Numbered from the stretch's first letter, positions 11,267-20,927 are shown. The stretch: DNA of 64,000 nucleotides from an uncultured Armatimonadetes bacterium (GCA_963717145.1 OY970325.1:2503949-2567948); one strand, 5' to 3'. Notes: generated from the sequence alone by a model not told the origin. Numbers and translations are program-made.

Positions 11267-13109
11267 CGATGGCCTCCTCCACGACCTCGACCGGCAGAAA
11301 CCCCTCGGGCCGGATGCCGGTGATCAGCGAAGGCTCCCCAACAATGAGCAACTCGACGCGGTTCTTCTTGGGCTTGACCTCGATCTTCTCGCCCGTTGCG
11401 CGGGTGATGATCGTGGTCTGATCCGTCGGGACGTGGACCGTCACCGGATCCCCGGTCGCCCAGATATACAGGCTTTCCTCTCCTCCGGGCATCAGCAGCG
11501 CGTATCCCGCCAGCTTGCCACCGAGTACCATGTTGCGACCCGACAGCAGCGCGGGCAACCACCAGGTCCCCACGCCCAGCTTCTTCACGGACCCCCTGGC
11601 CATGCCCTGTGGATAGTATACGACTGTAGGGCGGAAAGCCGCGAACTGCGGATCGGACGCCACCGTCGTACCATACTGCGCGAGCCATAGGAGCACGTCA
11701 GCGCCTGAGGCCTGCTTCGGGACAGCGCTCTCGTCGAGGAAGAACCCCTTCGCGCCGAGGTCACGAAGCCCGTTGATGTGGGCGAAAAGCTGGTCCTTCT
11801 GCTGGAAAACCGCTCCGTCACCTTGTATGCGGGACACGATCCACATGTTCCGAGACGAGTGCTCGGCCATCGAGTAGACGTTGCCTCCCTGGGTCGGGAG
11901 GCTCTGGAGTCCACGCGCGGGAACCGCCAGTCCATCGAATCCGAAGGGTTGCTGCTCCTGGAAGAACGGCTGCAGATCATCAGCGGTGAAGACAACGGGC
12001 ACATCAGCCACTGTGCGCTTCAGGACATCAGCAACTCCGTCCATGTAACTACGCACGGATTCGGAGCGAAACTCCACAAGATCATTCCAGAGGGCAGTGG
12101 TCGTCGCCTCCACATCGTACTTTCGGCCGGTCTTGTCGTCATATACCGCAGCGAGTCCCCTGCCCTGTCGCCACATCGGGATCAGGTTGACCGCCTCGTC
12201 GAACGATGCTATCTCGTGCCGGAGAACCGACCATGCGACCTTCACGCCGTCGACCGTGCGATACTTACGGCTCAGCCATGCCGCGTACTCCATCCTGAAG
12301 CCGGGCGATGTCGGAACGAGAGCAGCGACTTCCCCGCGCAGGCCCAATCGCTCGCCGAACGGATCGGTGAAGAACCGCAGGCCCTTGCCCCACTTGATCT
12401 TCGGCAGGACGTATGCCAGCCGGTCCCGGTGCGCGTCGACATCGCTCCAGAGGTCGGGCAGACTCCAATCCTGCGACTCGGGAACGATCACCTTCTGGGG
12501 ATAGATGAGCAGGGTATGCTCGACGCCGGCCTCGATGTTCGCCTGCACACTCAGCGTGCCCCCGGGAACCAACGCCTGCCCGAGGTCGAGGACCGCGGCG
12601 CTCTTCGCGTCACAGAGGGCGTAGAAGGCAAGCTTGGTGTCCGGCATCTCCTTGGTGACAACCCCAGATGTCACGATGCCGCTAACCCTGTTTACGCTCG
12701 GATCGATGACGTAGCCGGTGAGCGGCGTATATGGCGAGTCGTCGAGTTCGATGCCGTATGTGAGGCCGTTCTCCTCCAGGAGATCGATGGTTTTCTGCCA
12801 GGCCTCGACGGGGATAGCGGATATGCCTTTGCCCGGAGTGATGATGATATCCTTGATCCCCGCAAGAGTGAACGCCTCGAGGTCGTCCCTGTCGGCGGCC
12901 AGATTCTCGTCGGTCTGCTCGGCCGAAAGGTACCTGGGCTTGAAGACGAGCCCGAACGGCACGTATGGCGAGCCATCCCACGTCAGTGTATGGGCGGCGT
13001 CTATCGTCCAGGGATGCTTGTCGCCGTCCCGGTCCTCATACGTTCCTGCGAACGCGCCGGGGACGGCGATGATAACAAAGCATATCAGTAGGACAAGTGT
13101 TGTCTTCAT
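11253..13109 (-). CDS. Secreted hypothetical protein (signal peptide; possibly glycoside-hydrolase-like)
   Basis: Track ORF 11253..13367 trimmed to MKTTLVLLICFVIIAVPGAFA (ATG at 13109), a classic signal peptide. Upstream 86 codons are read-through of a hairpin. Confidence 0.6.
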   Translation of the reverse strand: MKTTLVLLICFVIIAVPGAFAGTYEDRDGDKHPWTIDAAHTLTWDGSPYVPFGLVFKPRYLSAEQTDENLAADRDDLEAFTLAGIKDIIITPGKGISAIPVEAWQKTIDLLEENGLTYGIELDDSPYTPLTGYVIDPSVNRVSGIVTSGVVTKEMPDTKLAFYALCDAKSAAVLDLGQALVPGGTLSVQANIEAGVEHTLLIYPQKVIVPESQDWSLPDLWSDVDAHRDRLAYVLPKIKWGKGLRFFTDPFGERLGLRGEVAALVPTSPGFRMEYAAWLSRKYRTVDGVKVAWSVLRHEIASFDEAVNLIPMWRQGRGLAAVYDDKTGRKYDVEATTTALWNDLVEFRSESVRSYMDGVADVLKRTVADVPVVFTADDLQPFFQEQQPFGFDGLAVPARGLQSLPTQGGNVYSMAEHSSRNMWIVSRIQGDGAVFQQKDQLFAHINGLRDLGAKGFFLDESAVPKQASGADVLLWLAQYGTTVASDPQFAAFRPTVVYYPQGMARGSVKKLGVGTWWLPALLSGRNMVLGGKLAGYALLMPGGEESLYIWATGDPVTVHVPTDQTTIITRATGEKIEVKPKKNRVELLIVGEPSLITGIRPEGFLPVEVVEEAIGDAE

Positions 13110-13128
13110 GGTGTCAAGAGCCTCTGAA

Positions 13129-13241
13129 CCGTCAGTCCTGAGTGCGCCGGTGAATGACGGCGTGTATCGAAGGACGGCCTTGCGCCACCGAGCCGTCCTT
13201 CGATACACGCCGTCATTCACCGGCGCACTCAGGACTGACGG
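13129..13241. repeat. Perfect 50-bp inverted repeat with 13-nt loop, downstream of argS
   Basis: 13129-13178 ccgtcagtcctgagtgcgccggtgaatgacggcgtgtatcgaaggacggc is the exact reverse complement of 13192-13241; verified base by base. Confidence 0.7.
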
Positions 13242-13278
13242 TACGCGGTTACCGGTACCTATCATACGCGAAATCCGG

Positions 13279-14955
13279 CTACATCCTCTCAGGTGCGCTG
13301 ATTCCGAGGAGTCGCAGATTGTTCGCCAGAACCGTCCTCGTCGAGTCTGCGAGCACCAGTCGCGCATCGGTCAACGCTTTGTCATCAGTGATGACACGGC
13401 ACTCGGTGTAGAAGCTGTGGAAGACCGACGCCAGGTCCTGCGCGTACCGGGTCAGCTTGTGCGGCTCGTATGCCTGTCCCGCCTCCAGGATCACGTCCGG
13501 GAAGTCGCCAAGTTTCTTCATGAGGTCGATCTCGCCATCGTGAGTCAGAAGCGACAGATCGGCCTCTCGGGCACTCGGAACTCGTACGCCGTCCTCCTCG
13601 ACTGCCTTCCGAAGAATGCTGCAGATCCGCGCGTGGGCGTACTGGACGTAATAGACCGGGTTCTCGTTCGTCTGAGACTTCGCCAACTCGAGGTCGAAAT
13701 CGAGCCCGCTGTCGGTGCTCCTCATCAGGAAGAAGAACCGCGCGGCATCCTTTCCGACCTCATCGATCAACTCGGAGAGGAGAACGACATCGCCCGCGCG
13801 CTTGGACATCATGACGAGTTCGCCGCCCGAATACAGACGCACGACCTGGAAGATGATGATCTCGACTTTGCCGGCATCGTATCCGAGTGCGGCAATCGCG
13901 GCCTTGGTCCGGGCGATGTACCCGTGGTGATCCGGACCCCAGACGTCGATGACCTTGTCGAATCCCCGGTCGAGTTTGTCGGCGTGATACGCGGCGTCGG
14001 CGGCGATATAGGTCGGCTGGCCGTTGCTTCGGACCAGCGTGCGGTCCTTATCGTCGCCAAATTCGGTGGATTTCAGCCAGAGCGCATCGGCCTTCTCATA
14101 GGCGTAGCCCCGCTTCTTGAGCCGCTCGATGGATTCCTGAACCTTCCCGCCGTCGTGCAGGGTCTGCTCGGAGTACCAGACATCGAACTTGATACCGAAC
14201 TTCTCGAGGTCCTCCTTCTGCTGATCGAGCATCATCTTCTCGCCAAGATCGGTGAACGCCCGGACGCGTTCGTCCTCGGGCATGGAGACGAACTTGTCGC
14301 CGTTTTCCGCCACGATCTCTTTGGCGATATCGGTTATGTACTCGCCCCTATAAGCGTCCTCGGGCATCGGGTAGTCCTCGCCGAGTTCCTGCATGTACCG
14401 GGCATTGAGCGACCTGCCGAAGTTCTGCATCTGGAGGCTCGTCCGCGCGTCGTTGATGTATGACTCGCGGGTGACCTCGTAGCCGAGCGACTCGCACATG
14501 TTGGCGATGACGTCGCCGGTCGCGCCGCCGCGTCCATGAGCGATGTGGATCGGCCCATTGGGATTCGCGCTGACGAACTCGACCTGGACCTTGAGTCCCT
14601 TGCCGATTTCGGATCGGCCGTACGATTCACCCTGGTCGGCAATCCTGAGAAGAATGTCGTTGAGCCACGTCGGCTTGAGGTGGAAGTTAATGTACCCCGC
14701 GCCTGCGACTTCGGCCCGTTCGATGATACCATCGGCCTTGGGAAGCCGTGCGATGATCCTCTCCGCCAACTGGCGTGGAGCGATGCCGACCTCCCGTGCC
14801 ATCACCATGGCGATGTTGGTCGCATAGTCGCCAAATGCCTTGCCTTTCGGCGGCTCGAGTGCTATCTCAGGAAGCTGGTCGTACTGAATCTCGCCGGCGT
14901 CCCTGGCTTCCTGGAGCGCCTGCTCGATGGCGGCTGCAAGTTTGTCCCGAATCAT
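13279..14955 (-). CDS. argS: Arginine--tRNA ligase
   Basis: Track ORF, 558 aa; class I ArgS with HIGH-like ...HIAHGRGG... and KMSK-like MMSKR motifs. Confidence 0.9.
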   Translation of the reverse strand: MIRDKLAAAIEQALQEARDAGEIQYDQLPEIALEPPKGKAFGDYATNIAMVMAREVGIAPRQLAERIIARLPKADGIIERAEVAGAGYINFHLKPTWLNDILLRIADQGESYGRSEIGKGLKVQVEFVSANPNGPIHIAHGRGGATGDVIANMCESLGYEVTRESYINDARTSLQMQNFGRSLNARYMQELGEDYPMPEDAYRGEYITDIAKEIVAENGDKFVSMPEDERVRAFTDLGEKMMLDQQKEDLEKFGIKFDVWYSEQTLHDGGKVQESIERLKKRGYAYEKADALWLKSTEFGDDKDRTLVRSNGQPTYIAADAAYHADKLDRGFDKVIDVWGPDHHGYIARTKAAIAALGYDAGKVEIIIFQVVRLYSGGELVMMSKRAGDVVLLSELIDEVGKDAARFFFLMRSTDSGLDFDLELAKSQTNENPVYYVQYAHARICSILRKAVEEDGVRVPSAREADLSLLTHDGEIDLMKKLGDFPDVILEAGQAYEPHKLTRYAQDLASVFHSFYTECRVITDDKALTDARLVLADSTRTVLANNLRLLGISAPERM

Positions 14956-14963
14956 GATCTCTC

Positions 14964-15188
14964 CTAGCCCTTATTCTGTTCCTCGTGCGCACAAACGTTC
15001 AACTCGTCCACGATCGCACCGACATCGACGCCGTGCATCGATGCGCCCTCTTCGATCGTCTCCGCCGATGATATGAGACAGACCGCACAGCCCATTCCGT
15101 GCGCGGCGAAGATCTCGGGGGCGCGAGGACAGAGTTCCATCGCTTCTTCGATCTTCATTTCCTTTGTGATTTTACAGGCGGTTTCCAT
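14964..15188 (-). CDS. DUF1858-like small redox-disulfide protein
   Basis: Track ORF, 74 aa; ...ITKEMKIEEAMELCPRAPEIFAAHGMGCAVC... matches the DUF1858 pattern as remembered. Confidence 0.55.
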   Translation of the reverse strand: METACKITKEMKIEEAMELCPRAPEIFAAHGMGCAVCLISSAETIEEGASMHGVDVGAIVDELNVCAHEEQNKG

Positions 15189-15220
15189 TTCTCATTCCTC
15201 CACATTCGTCAGACCCGGGT

Positions 15221-15290
15221 CGGGTAGTGGCCGTGCCTCAGTGCCGGCCTTCCGCCTCACTGGCCGGCACTGAGGCACGGCCACTACCCG
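15221..15290. repeat. REP-like hairpin, family A
   Basis: cgggtagtggccgtgcctcagtgccggcc + 12-nt loop + ggccggcactgaggcacggccactacccg; perfect stem. Confidence 0.6.
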
Positions 15291-15291
15291 C

Positions 15292-16449
15292 TCAAAACAC
15301 CACCGGCAGCACCGAGTGAAGCAGCTCCCCAATGCTCATCATAACTGCCGCGCCGAGCATCACCTGGGGCATTCCCGTATTCCAGAACCGCCGCCATCCC
15401 GTCACATGGTAGGCGGGGTTCTCCCTGTATCTCGCGAGCAGGCTCTCACCCGCTCGGATCCCGCTCATCAACTGCCCCGGACTCGCCGGCTTGGTGGTCA
15501 CATAATTCTGGACATACGCGCCGATGCTGCGCCACGCAAAGATCATGACGAAGATCGTCACCATTGCCACGATCTCCGTTCCGAACGCCTGGGCAATCAG
15601 CAGGAACAGCACCACCGCCGCTACTATGTTCGTGCCGCACCTGGGATGCACCCTCGGCATCCTCGCGACGGTATCCGGCTTGAGCGGCTCCCCATGCTCG
15701 ATGGCGTGTACGACCTGGTGCTCGGCGGCATGATATCCCGACAACGGCGCCAGTCTCAGCAGCAAAAGAAACAGCGGGACGGACATGCCGAACATGATCG
15801 TGCGCGCGGTATCCATCCAACCCACCGGATTGAACCCGGTCCAGTTCAGAGCCGCCCAGAGGCGGATGCCGGTCGCATGCTCGATCGCCCAGGCCAGGCC
15901 GGCTATCAGGCCGATCGCCAGGTAGTTCAACATCATCAGCGAGACGCCCGCCAGAAACAGTCCGAAATCGCCCGCGCCGGCGCGGATATGGCCGGTGGTC
16001 AGATATACCCCCAGCGGTGTCGCCATTCCCGCGATCGAAGGCGGCCGAATGCTCATGGTGAGCGCACCCGCGACATCCGAGCGAGTCACAACTCCGAGAT
16101 AGCGGCCGTACTCATCGATGATCGGAAGCACTCCTACCCCGTGTTCGTCCATGACCGCCGCAGTCTGGCCCACGGACATGCGCGAGCTGCCATAGACGAC
16201 TTCACGCGTCATCACCGATTCGACCGCCGCTGTCGCGGCATCAGGATCCCCGTCGCGCTTCACGAGGGCCGACAGAATGCCCGCCTCGCCGACCGTGCCG
16301 ACCAGTCTGCCCGCATCGAGGACGGGCAGTTCGGTCACGCCTGAGACCCTCAGGGACTCGGCGGCTCGGGCGACGGTGTCGGTCGCGGCGACGGGCGCCA
16401 CGATCTTGAGAATATTCAGAATCGGCCCATCTCGCATATCTCGGTCCAA
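15292..16449 (-). CDS. CBS-pair domain fused to DUF1385 (YqhQ-like) membrane domain
   Basis: Track ORF, 385 aa; N-terminal CBS-like region, then ...SGYHAAEHQVVHAIEHGEPL...HPRCGTNIVA..., matching remembered DUF1385 motifs (YHGAEHK...HPRCGT). Confidence 0.6.
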   Translation of the reverse strand: MDRDMRDGPILNILKIVAPVAATDTVARAAESLRVSGVTELPVLDAGRLVGTVGEAGILSALVKRDGDPDAATAAVESVMTREVVYGSSRMSVGQTAAVMDEHGVGVLPIIDEYGRYLGVVTRSDVAGALTMSIRPPSIAGMATPLGVYLTTGHIRAGAGDFGLFLAGVSLMMLNYLAIGLIAGLAWAIEHATGIRLWAALNWTGFNPVGWMDTARTIMFGMSVPLFLLLLRLAPLSGYHAAEHQVVHAIEHGEPLKPDTVARMPRVHPRCGTNIVAAVVLFLLIAQAFGTEIVAMVTIFVMIFAWRSIGAYVQNYVTTKPASPGQLMSGIRAGESLLARYRENPAYHVTGWRRFWNTGMPQVMLGAAVMMSIGELLHSVLPVVF

Positions 16450-16507
16450 ACCCTTGCAGAACCTGCCCGATGTGTGCTATTATGAAGTGTTGTGCGTCTC
16501 AACATCC

Positions 16508-16571
16508 GTAGTGGCCGTGCCTCAGTGCCGGCCAGTAACGTGATTGGCCGGCACTGAGGCACGGCCACTAC
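16508..16571. repeat. REP-like hairpin, family A
   Basis: gtagtggccgtgcctcagtgccggcc + agtaacgtgatt + ggccggcactgaggcacggccactac; upstream of rpmB. Confidence 0.6.
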
Positions 16572-16611
16572 ACAAGGTTTTCCTACCGATCAGCAGGAGG
16601 TTTACTCGATA

Positions 16612-16830
16612 ATGGCACGAACTTGTGATGTCTGCGGCAAAGGCCCGCAGTTCGGTCAGAATATCCGTCACCAGCACTCCGGATCGTGGGCATTGCGCGC
16701 CCCCAAGACCAAGCGCAGATGGAATCCCAACCTGCAGACCGTCCGCGTCGCCAATGGCAAGACCAGCACGCGACAGATGTCAGTCTGCGCCAAGTGCCTC
16801 AAGGCCGGCAAGGTCGTCAAGGCCACTTAG
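16612..16830 (+). CDS. rpmB: 50S ribosomal protein L28
   Basis: Track ORF, 72 aa: MARTCDVCGKGPQFGQNIRHQHSGSWALRAPKTKRRWNPNLQTVRV... Confidence 0.85.
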   Translation: MARTCDVCGKGPQFGQNIRHQHSGSWALRAPKTKRRWNPNLQTVRVANGKTSTRQMSVCAKCLKAGKVVKAT

Positions 16831-16841
16831 CCGAAAAAAGC

Positions 16842-16910
16842 GAAGTCAGAAGTCAGAAGTCAGGAGTCAGAATGGATTCCGCTTCTTCTGACTTCTGGCT
16901 TCTGACTCCT
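16842..16910. terminator. Hairpin built from GAAGTCAGA repeats between convergent rpmB and the ABC ATPase gene (putative bidirectional terminator)
   Basis: gaagtcagaagtcagaagtcaggagtcag ... ctgacttctggcttctgactcctgac inverted repeat just after the rpmB stop; no clean U-tract, so the terminator role is inferred. Confidence 0.45.
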
Positions 16911-16925
16911 GACTACCGGATTATA

Positions 16926-18218
16926 CTATAATCCCCCTGTTTTCGCAACCCATTCCGGGATCGCATCCGCCGTCTGCAGAGCCGCCGCACCGCCCTGCGC
17001 GAGTGCACTGAAAAGCCTCTCGACCTCACCATCCATGAAGTCCCGCTCCGCGTATGACTCCGGCTTCCCGATGACCGCCACTCGCTTCCCCTGCTCCATC
17101 GCACGAACCGCCAGGCGCAGGTTCGAGACATTCCCCGAGCCGAAAGGAACCTCCGCCACCACTATGACATCGGCGGCCGAGATGAAGTTCCAGTTCGCCG
17201 ATTCCGCCGCCTCCGAGACCGGCGAGAACGGCGCATCCTCGACGTACTCGATGCCGAGCGACTCCGCCGCCTCCTGATCCGAGTCGCCGAGGTTGATGAC
17301 CCCAGCGGTCACCTCGCATCCCGACTCCAGTAGGTGCGTGAACACCGGCAGACCGCTTCCCCCGCCGCAGATGACGTGCGCCTTCAGCCTCGGACGGTCG
17401 CTTGCCTCGGCAAACCGCGCCGAAAACGCCCGGCTGCCTGTGGAGAGGATATACGGCCTCCCGGACGTGGGATGCTTCCGCACCCAGACCGACGTGCCGT
17501 AGACGCAGCCCACGTTGTTGGCGGTGATGACATCCTCGGGCGGGCCGTCGGCATAGAGTCGCCCATCCTTGACCATCAGGAGGCGACTGCAGAACTCGGC
17601 GGCGAGATTGAGGTCGTGCAGGACGACGATGACCGTCTTGCCGTTAGCGGTGTTCTCCCGTCTGAGAAGGTCCAGTATCTCCACTTGATAGCTGAGATCG
17701 AGGTGCGCGGTCGGCTCGTCGAGGAGCAGGATGTCGGTCTGCTGGGCGAGTGCTCGGGCGATGATCGCGCGCTGACGCTCTCCGCCGCTCAGTTCCACGA
17801 TCCTGCGGTCGGCATACTGCAGCAGGTTCGTGCGCTTGAGCGCGTCGGCGGCAAAGTCGAGGTCGGACCGCTTCTCCAGTTCGAACCGCCCGAGATGCGG
17901 CGCCCGGCCCATGAGGACGACTTCCAGCACTGTGAACTCGAAGGCGACCGGGCTGTCCTGCGGCACGACGGCGACCATTCGGGCGAGATCACGCCCGCGG
18001 ATCGTGGATATATCGCGCCCATTGAGGGAGACCGTGCCGCTCGCGGGTCGGAGCGCGCCGACCATCGTCTTGAGGAGCGTGGACTTGCCCGACCCATTCG
18101 GCCCGACGATGCCGACGAATTCACCGGCGTTGATGTGGAAGCCGATGTCCCGAAGGACATCGGCTGAATCATAGGCTACGCAGATTCCGTTCAGTTCGAA
18201 AAGCTTCGACATACTCAT
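16926..18218 (-). CDS. ABC transporter ATP-binding protein (iron-chelate/FecE-BtuD type) with ~170-aa C-terminal extension of unknown function
   Basis: Track ORF, 430 aa; Walker A GPNGSGKST, signature LSGGERQR, Walker B LLLDEPT, then a non-ABC C-terminal domain (…HVICGGGSGLPVF…VAVIGKPESYAERD…). Confidence 0.8.
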   Translation of the reverse strand: MSMSKLFELNGICVAYDSADVLRDIGFHINAGEFVGIVGPNGSGKSTLLKTMVGALRPASGTVSLNGRDISTIRGRDLARMVAVVPQDSPVAFEFTVLEVVLMGRAPHLGRFELEKRSDLDFAADALKRTNLLQYADRRIVELSGGERQRAIIARALAQQTDILLLDEPTAHLDLSYQVEILDLLRRENTANGKTVIVVLHDLNLAAEFCSRLLMVKDGRLYADGPPEDVITANNVGCVYGTSVWVRKHPTSGRPYILSTGSRAFSARFAEASDRPRLKAHVICGGGSGLPVFTHLLESGCEVTAGVINLGDSDQEAAESLGIEYVEDAPFSPVSEAAESANWNFISAADVIVVAEVPFGSGNVSNLRLAVRAMEQGKRVAVIGKPESYAERDFMDGEVERLFSALAQGGAAALQTADAIPEWVAKTGGL

Positions 18219-18294
18219 CAGGCCGCCGAGGGATCCGGCGCTGCAGGACGTTCAAGCAGCCCGATGATAGCACAGCCGAGCGTGGGCGGGCAAA

Positions 18295-19761
18295 TCACTG
18301 TGGCGGGCTCGGCCCTATTGTCACAGTCACAGTTTCCTGTGGCTCAGGGCGACGCTTGCGGTTCACGTACCATTCGGGGTCTGTACCGAATCCCGTCAGG
18401 ATCACCGCTCCGAAGCCGATCAGGGTCAGCACGAACACCGCCAGGCCCCCCGCGAACGGCACCAGTTCCACGAGGGCCATTATGAGTATGCCCAGGGCCG
18501 CCGCCAGGATGCCGTTTGCGATCGGCCTGTTCACCGCATCCCCGACTTTTCGTCCCACTGCAAGGCCGACCGCGATCCGGGCGAACGCCCAGGCGATCAC
18601 AACGAGCAGCGCCTCGACCGCAATCAAGGGTATCCCTATGCACGATACCAGCAGCAGCAGGGCGATCGGCAGGATCAGCACGGCCGCCACGACTCCGTAG
18701 AGCATCGAAGGCCCGGGCCGGTCGAGTACGGTCTCGGCCACCATGTTGGCGCGCACGGGGAACAGCGCGACCACCAGCACGGCCAGGACTATGAACAGCA
18801 GCCCCTTGAACAGGGAGATCAGCCCGCCTATGAGCGCGAAGTGCTCCCAGCCGTCAAAACTCCATCCCTTGAAGCTGCCGAAGAAGGGGAGCCTGATGCT
18901 CTGGGTATCGCCGCCGATGTACCCGTCGCCCTCCTTGACAACTCGCCCGCCGACAGCCACCGCGTCACCATCGATGCGGCCTCCGGGCATGACAGTGACG
19001 TTCCCCATCACCGCCACAGCATCGCCTGTGACGTGACCGTGAACTACAACGCCTCCCATCACGGAAACGGCGTCGCTGACCGTCTCACCTTTGCGGACGA
19101 CGACTGGGCCGCTCACCTCGACCTTCTCGGAACCTCTTGAACCGGCCTCCGCGCTCTCCGGTTCGTTGACCGAGAGCGACACCGGCCCCTCGACTATTCC
19201 TCCGGCCCCTCGCGTATCGAGAACGCGGACTGCGATAACGTTCGGCTGTCCGAAGCGAATCGCATCGCCTGGGATCCGGTAGGAACGGCGGATGTCGGAA
19301 CTCGCTTGCGCGGTCGTGGTCGTCTGCCCGATGGGGGTTCCGTTCAGGTACGCCCAGTCCATGTCGTCAATCCGACCAAGGTTGAGGTACAGCACCTTGC
19401 CTTTGAGGGTAACCGGAATCACGACAGACTTCTGATACCATGCATAGCCGCTGTAGGGCACCTTCAGATCATCGTCCTTCCAGGCAGGATTGGCCTCAGC
19501 GAAACCCTGATCCTCCCAACTGCCGGGTACACTGATCTTCTTCCACGTCGCGTAGTCGTGCCCAGGCTTCTGCCAGCCGAGTTTCTGGCCACTGTCCGTC
19601 GGGTCGGTCTGGAACTTCCAGTCGCCCGACAAGTCAATCCTCTCCGACACGATGTTCATCTCACCGGTCCGTACCTCCGCGCGGGCCGTCGTGCAGACAG
19701 CGCACAGGGCGACGGTCAGCACTATCAAAGCTCTGGTAACTATCGTTTTCATCTTCGACAA
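18295..19761 (-). CDS. Membrane protein with signal peptide, galactose-binding-like beta-sandwich, bactofilin-like repeats and C-terminal TM segments
   Basis: Track ORF, 488 aa; repeats GDAVSVMGGVVVHGHVTGDAVAVMGNVTV...GDAVAVGGRVV; hydrophobic C-terminus; immediately downstream of the sigma/anti-sigma pair. Confidence 0.55.
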   Translation of the reverse strand: MSKMKTIVTRALIVLTVALCAVCTTARAEVRTGEMNIVSERIDLSGDWKFQTDPTDSGQKLGWQKPGHDYATWKKISVPGSWEDQGFAEANPAWKDDDLKVPYSGYAWYQKSVVIPVTLKGKVLYLNLGRIDDMDWAYLNGTPIGQTTTTAQASSDIRRSYRIPGDAIRFGQPNVIAVRVLDTRGAGGIVEGPVSLSVNEPESAEAGSRGSEKVEVSGPVVVRKGETVSDAVSVMGGVVVHGHVTGDAVAVMGNVTVMPGGRIDGDAVAVGGRVVKEGDGYIGGDTQSIRLPFFGSFKGWSFDGWEHFALIGGLISLFKGLLFIVLAVLVVALFPVRANMVAETVLDRPGPSMLYGVVAAVLILPIALLLLVSCIGIPLIAVEALLVVIAWAFARIAVGLAVGRKVGDAVNRPIANGILAAALGILIMALVELVPFAGGLAVFVLTLIGFGAVILTGFGTDPEWYVNRKRRPEPQETVTVTIGPSPPQ

Positions 19762-19782
19762 ACCTCCGGATTCAGAGATAGC

Positions 19783-20367
19783 TCAACAAAACATCGCAGA
19801 CGTCCTGGTCACCCTCCGACGTCCGAAGAAGATCATGAGGACCGCCACCAGGAACAGCGCGTCGAACGCGAGAAACGCCAGGATGGCTGGAGATGCGTCG
19901 GCGACCAGCCGCATCGAAAGCTCCATCAGCGAGAGCGCGTTTCGAGCCACGATTCCAAGCACGGCCCAAGCCGTCTTCGCATAGCCGATCGCGCCTACTA
20001 CAATGCGGTCCACTGACCACGACGCCATCCAGCCGTAGAGCGCGAACCCGAGCGCGGATAGAATCACGAGGCCCGCAAGCCAGGATGCGCCGAGCCATGC
20101 GAGGACGGGCCTCGGGTAGCGCACTCCGGCGGCATGCCTCGACGCGGGGTGGGCATCCGGCAGCCGAGCCATCACCGCCCCGACAATATCAACGACAGGC
20201 AGATCGTCTCGCCCCTCATCGATAATGCGGCACATCTCCGACATGCCCGCCTGCCACTCGCGGCAAGCCGTGCACTCCTGCGCGTGCCGGGCAGCTTCCG
20301 ATGCAAGCGGATGGGTTTCGCCATCCAGAACCCCGTTCAGGATCTCTCGTGCCTTGTCGCAGTTCAT
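19783..20367 (-). CDS. Anti-sigma factor (zf-HC2 type, membrane-spanning)
   Basis: Track ORF; N-terminal C-x...H-x3-C-x2-C pattern (MNCDKAREILNGVLDGETHPLASEAARHAQECTACREW), TM helix; overlaps sigma gene stop by 4 bp. Confidence 0.65.
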   Translation of the reverse strand: MNCDKAREILNGVLDGETHPLASEAARHAQECTACREWQAGMSEMCRIIDEGRDDLPVVDIVGAVMARLPDAHPASRHAAGVRYPRPVLAWLGASWLAGLVILSALGFALYGWMASWSVDRIVVGAIGYAKTAWAVLGIVARNALSLMELSMRLVADASPAILAFLAFDALFLVAVLMIFFGRRRVTRTSAMFC

Positions 20368-20927
20368 ATCGACACCTCAACTCCTGCCAATCGCCGCCTG
20401 AGCCTCTCCCTGGCGAGGTGGAGATCGGACTTCACCGTGCCCTGCGGCCTTCCGGTCGCCTCGCTGATCTCCCTGATGCTCAGGCCATTGAAGTGAAACA
20501 TCACCAAAGCCGCACGATGGTTCTCCGGCAGCTCGAGGACAGCCTGATTCAGTCGTCTGCTCGTGTCGCTCTGAAGCGCCACCTGCTCCGGCGACTGAGC
20601 GTCGGATGCCAGTTCGCTCGCGCCGGATTCATCATCGTCGATCGAATCGGCCCGGCGCAGAGCGCGCCGCCTCAGGGAATCAAGGCAGGCGTTCCGAGCT
20701 ATGCGGAACACCCACGTGAGGAACTGAGCATCCTGCCTGAACGACTCCAGAGCATGGTAAGCCTTCACGAAGCTCTCCTGGGCAGCGTCGGCCGCGTCAT
20801 CGGCATTGCCGAGCATGCGGTAACACAGGCTGTAGACCTGGCGCTGGTACTTCCGCACCAACAAGTCAAAGCCCGCGTTGTCGCCCGCGAGGCATCTCTG
20901 TACAAGCTCGGCATCGGATGGTCCCAA
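20364..20927 (-). CDS. ECF-type RNA polymerase sigma factor (sigma-70 family)
   Basis: Track ORF, 187 aa; region 2 ...DAADAAQESFVKAYHALESF... and region 4 ...LSIREISEATGRPQGTVKSDLHLARERLRR. Confidence 0.8.
   Translation of the reverse strand: MGPSDAELVQRCLAGDNAGFDLLVRKYQRQVYSLCYRMLGNADDAADAAQESFVKAYHALESFRQDAQFLTWVFRIARNACLDSLRRRALRRADSIDDDESGASELASDAQSPEQVALQSDTSRRLNQAVLELPENHRAALVMFHFNGLSIREISEATGRPQGTVKSDLHLARERLRRRLAGVEVSI

Noticed and set aside
9974-16571. Hairpin repeat families as a possible CRISPR array
   Set aside because: The units are inverted repeats forming hairpins, scattered singly between genes at irregular multi-kb spacing, with no regular repeat-spacer periodicity and no cas genes in the window.
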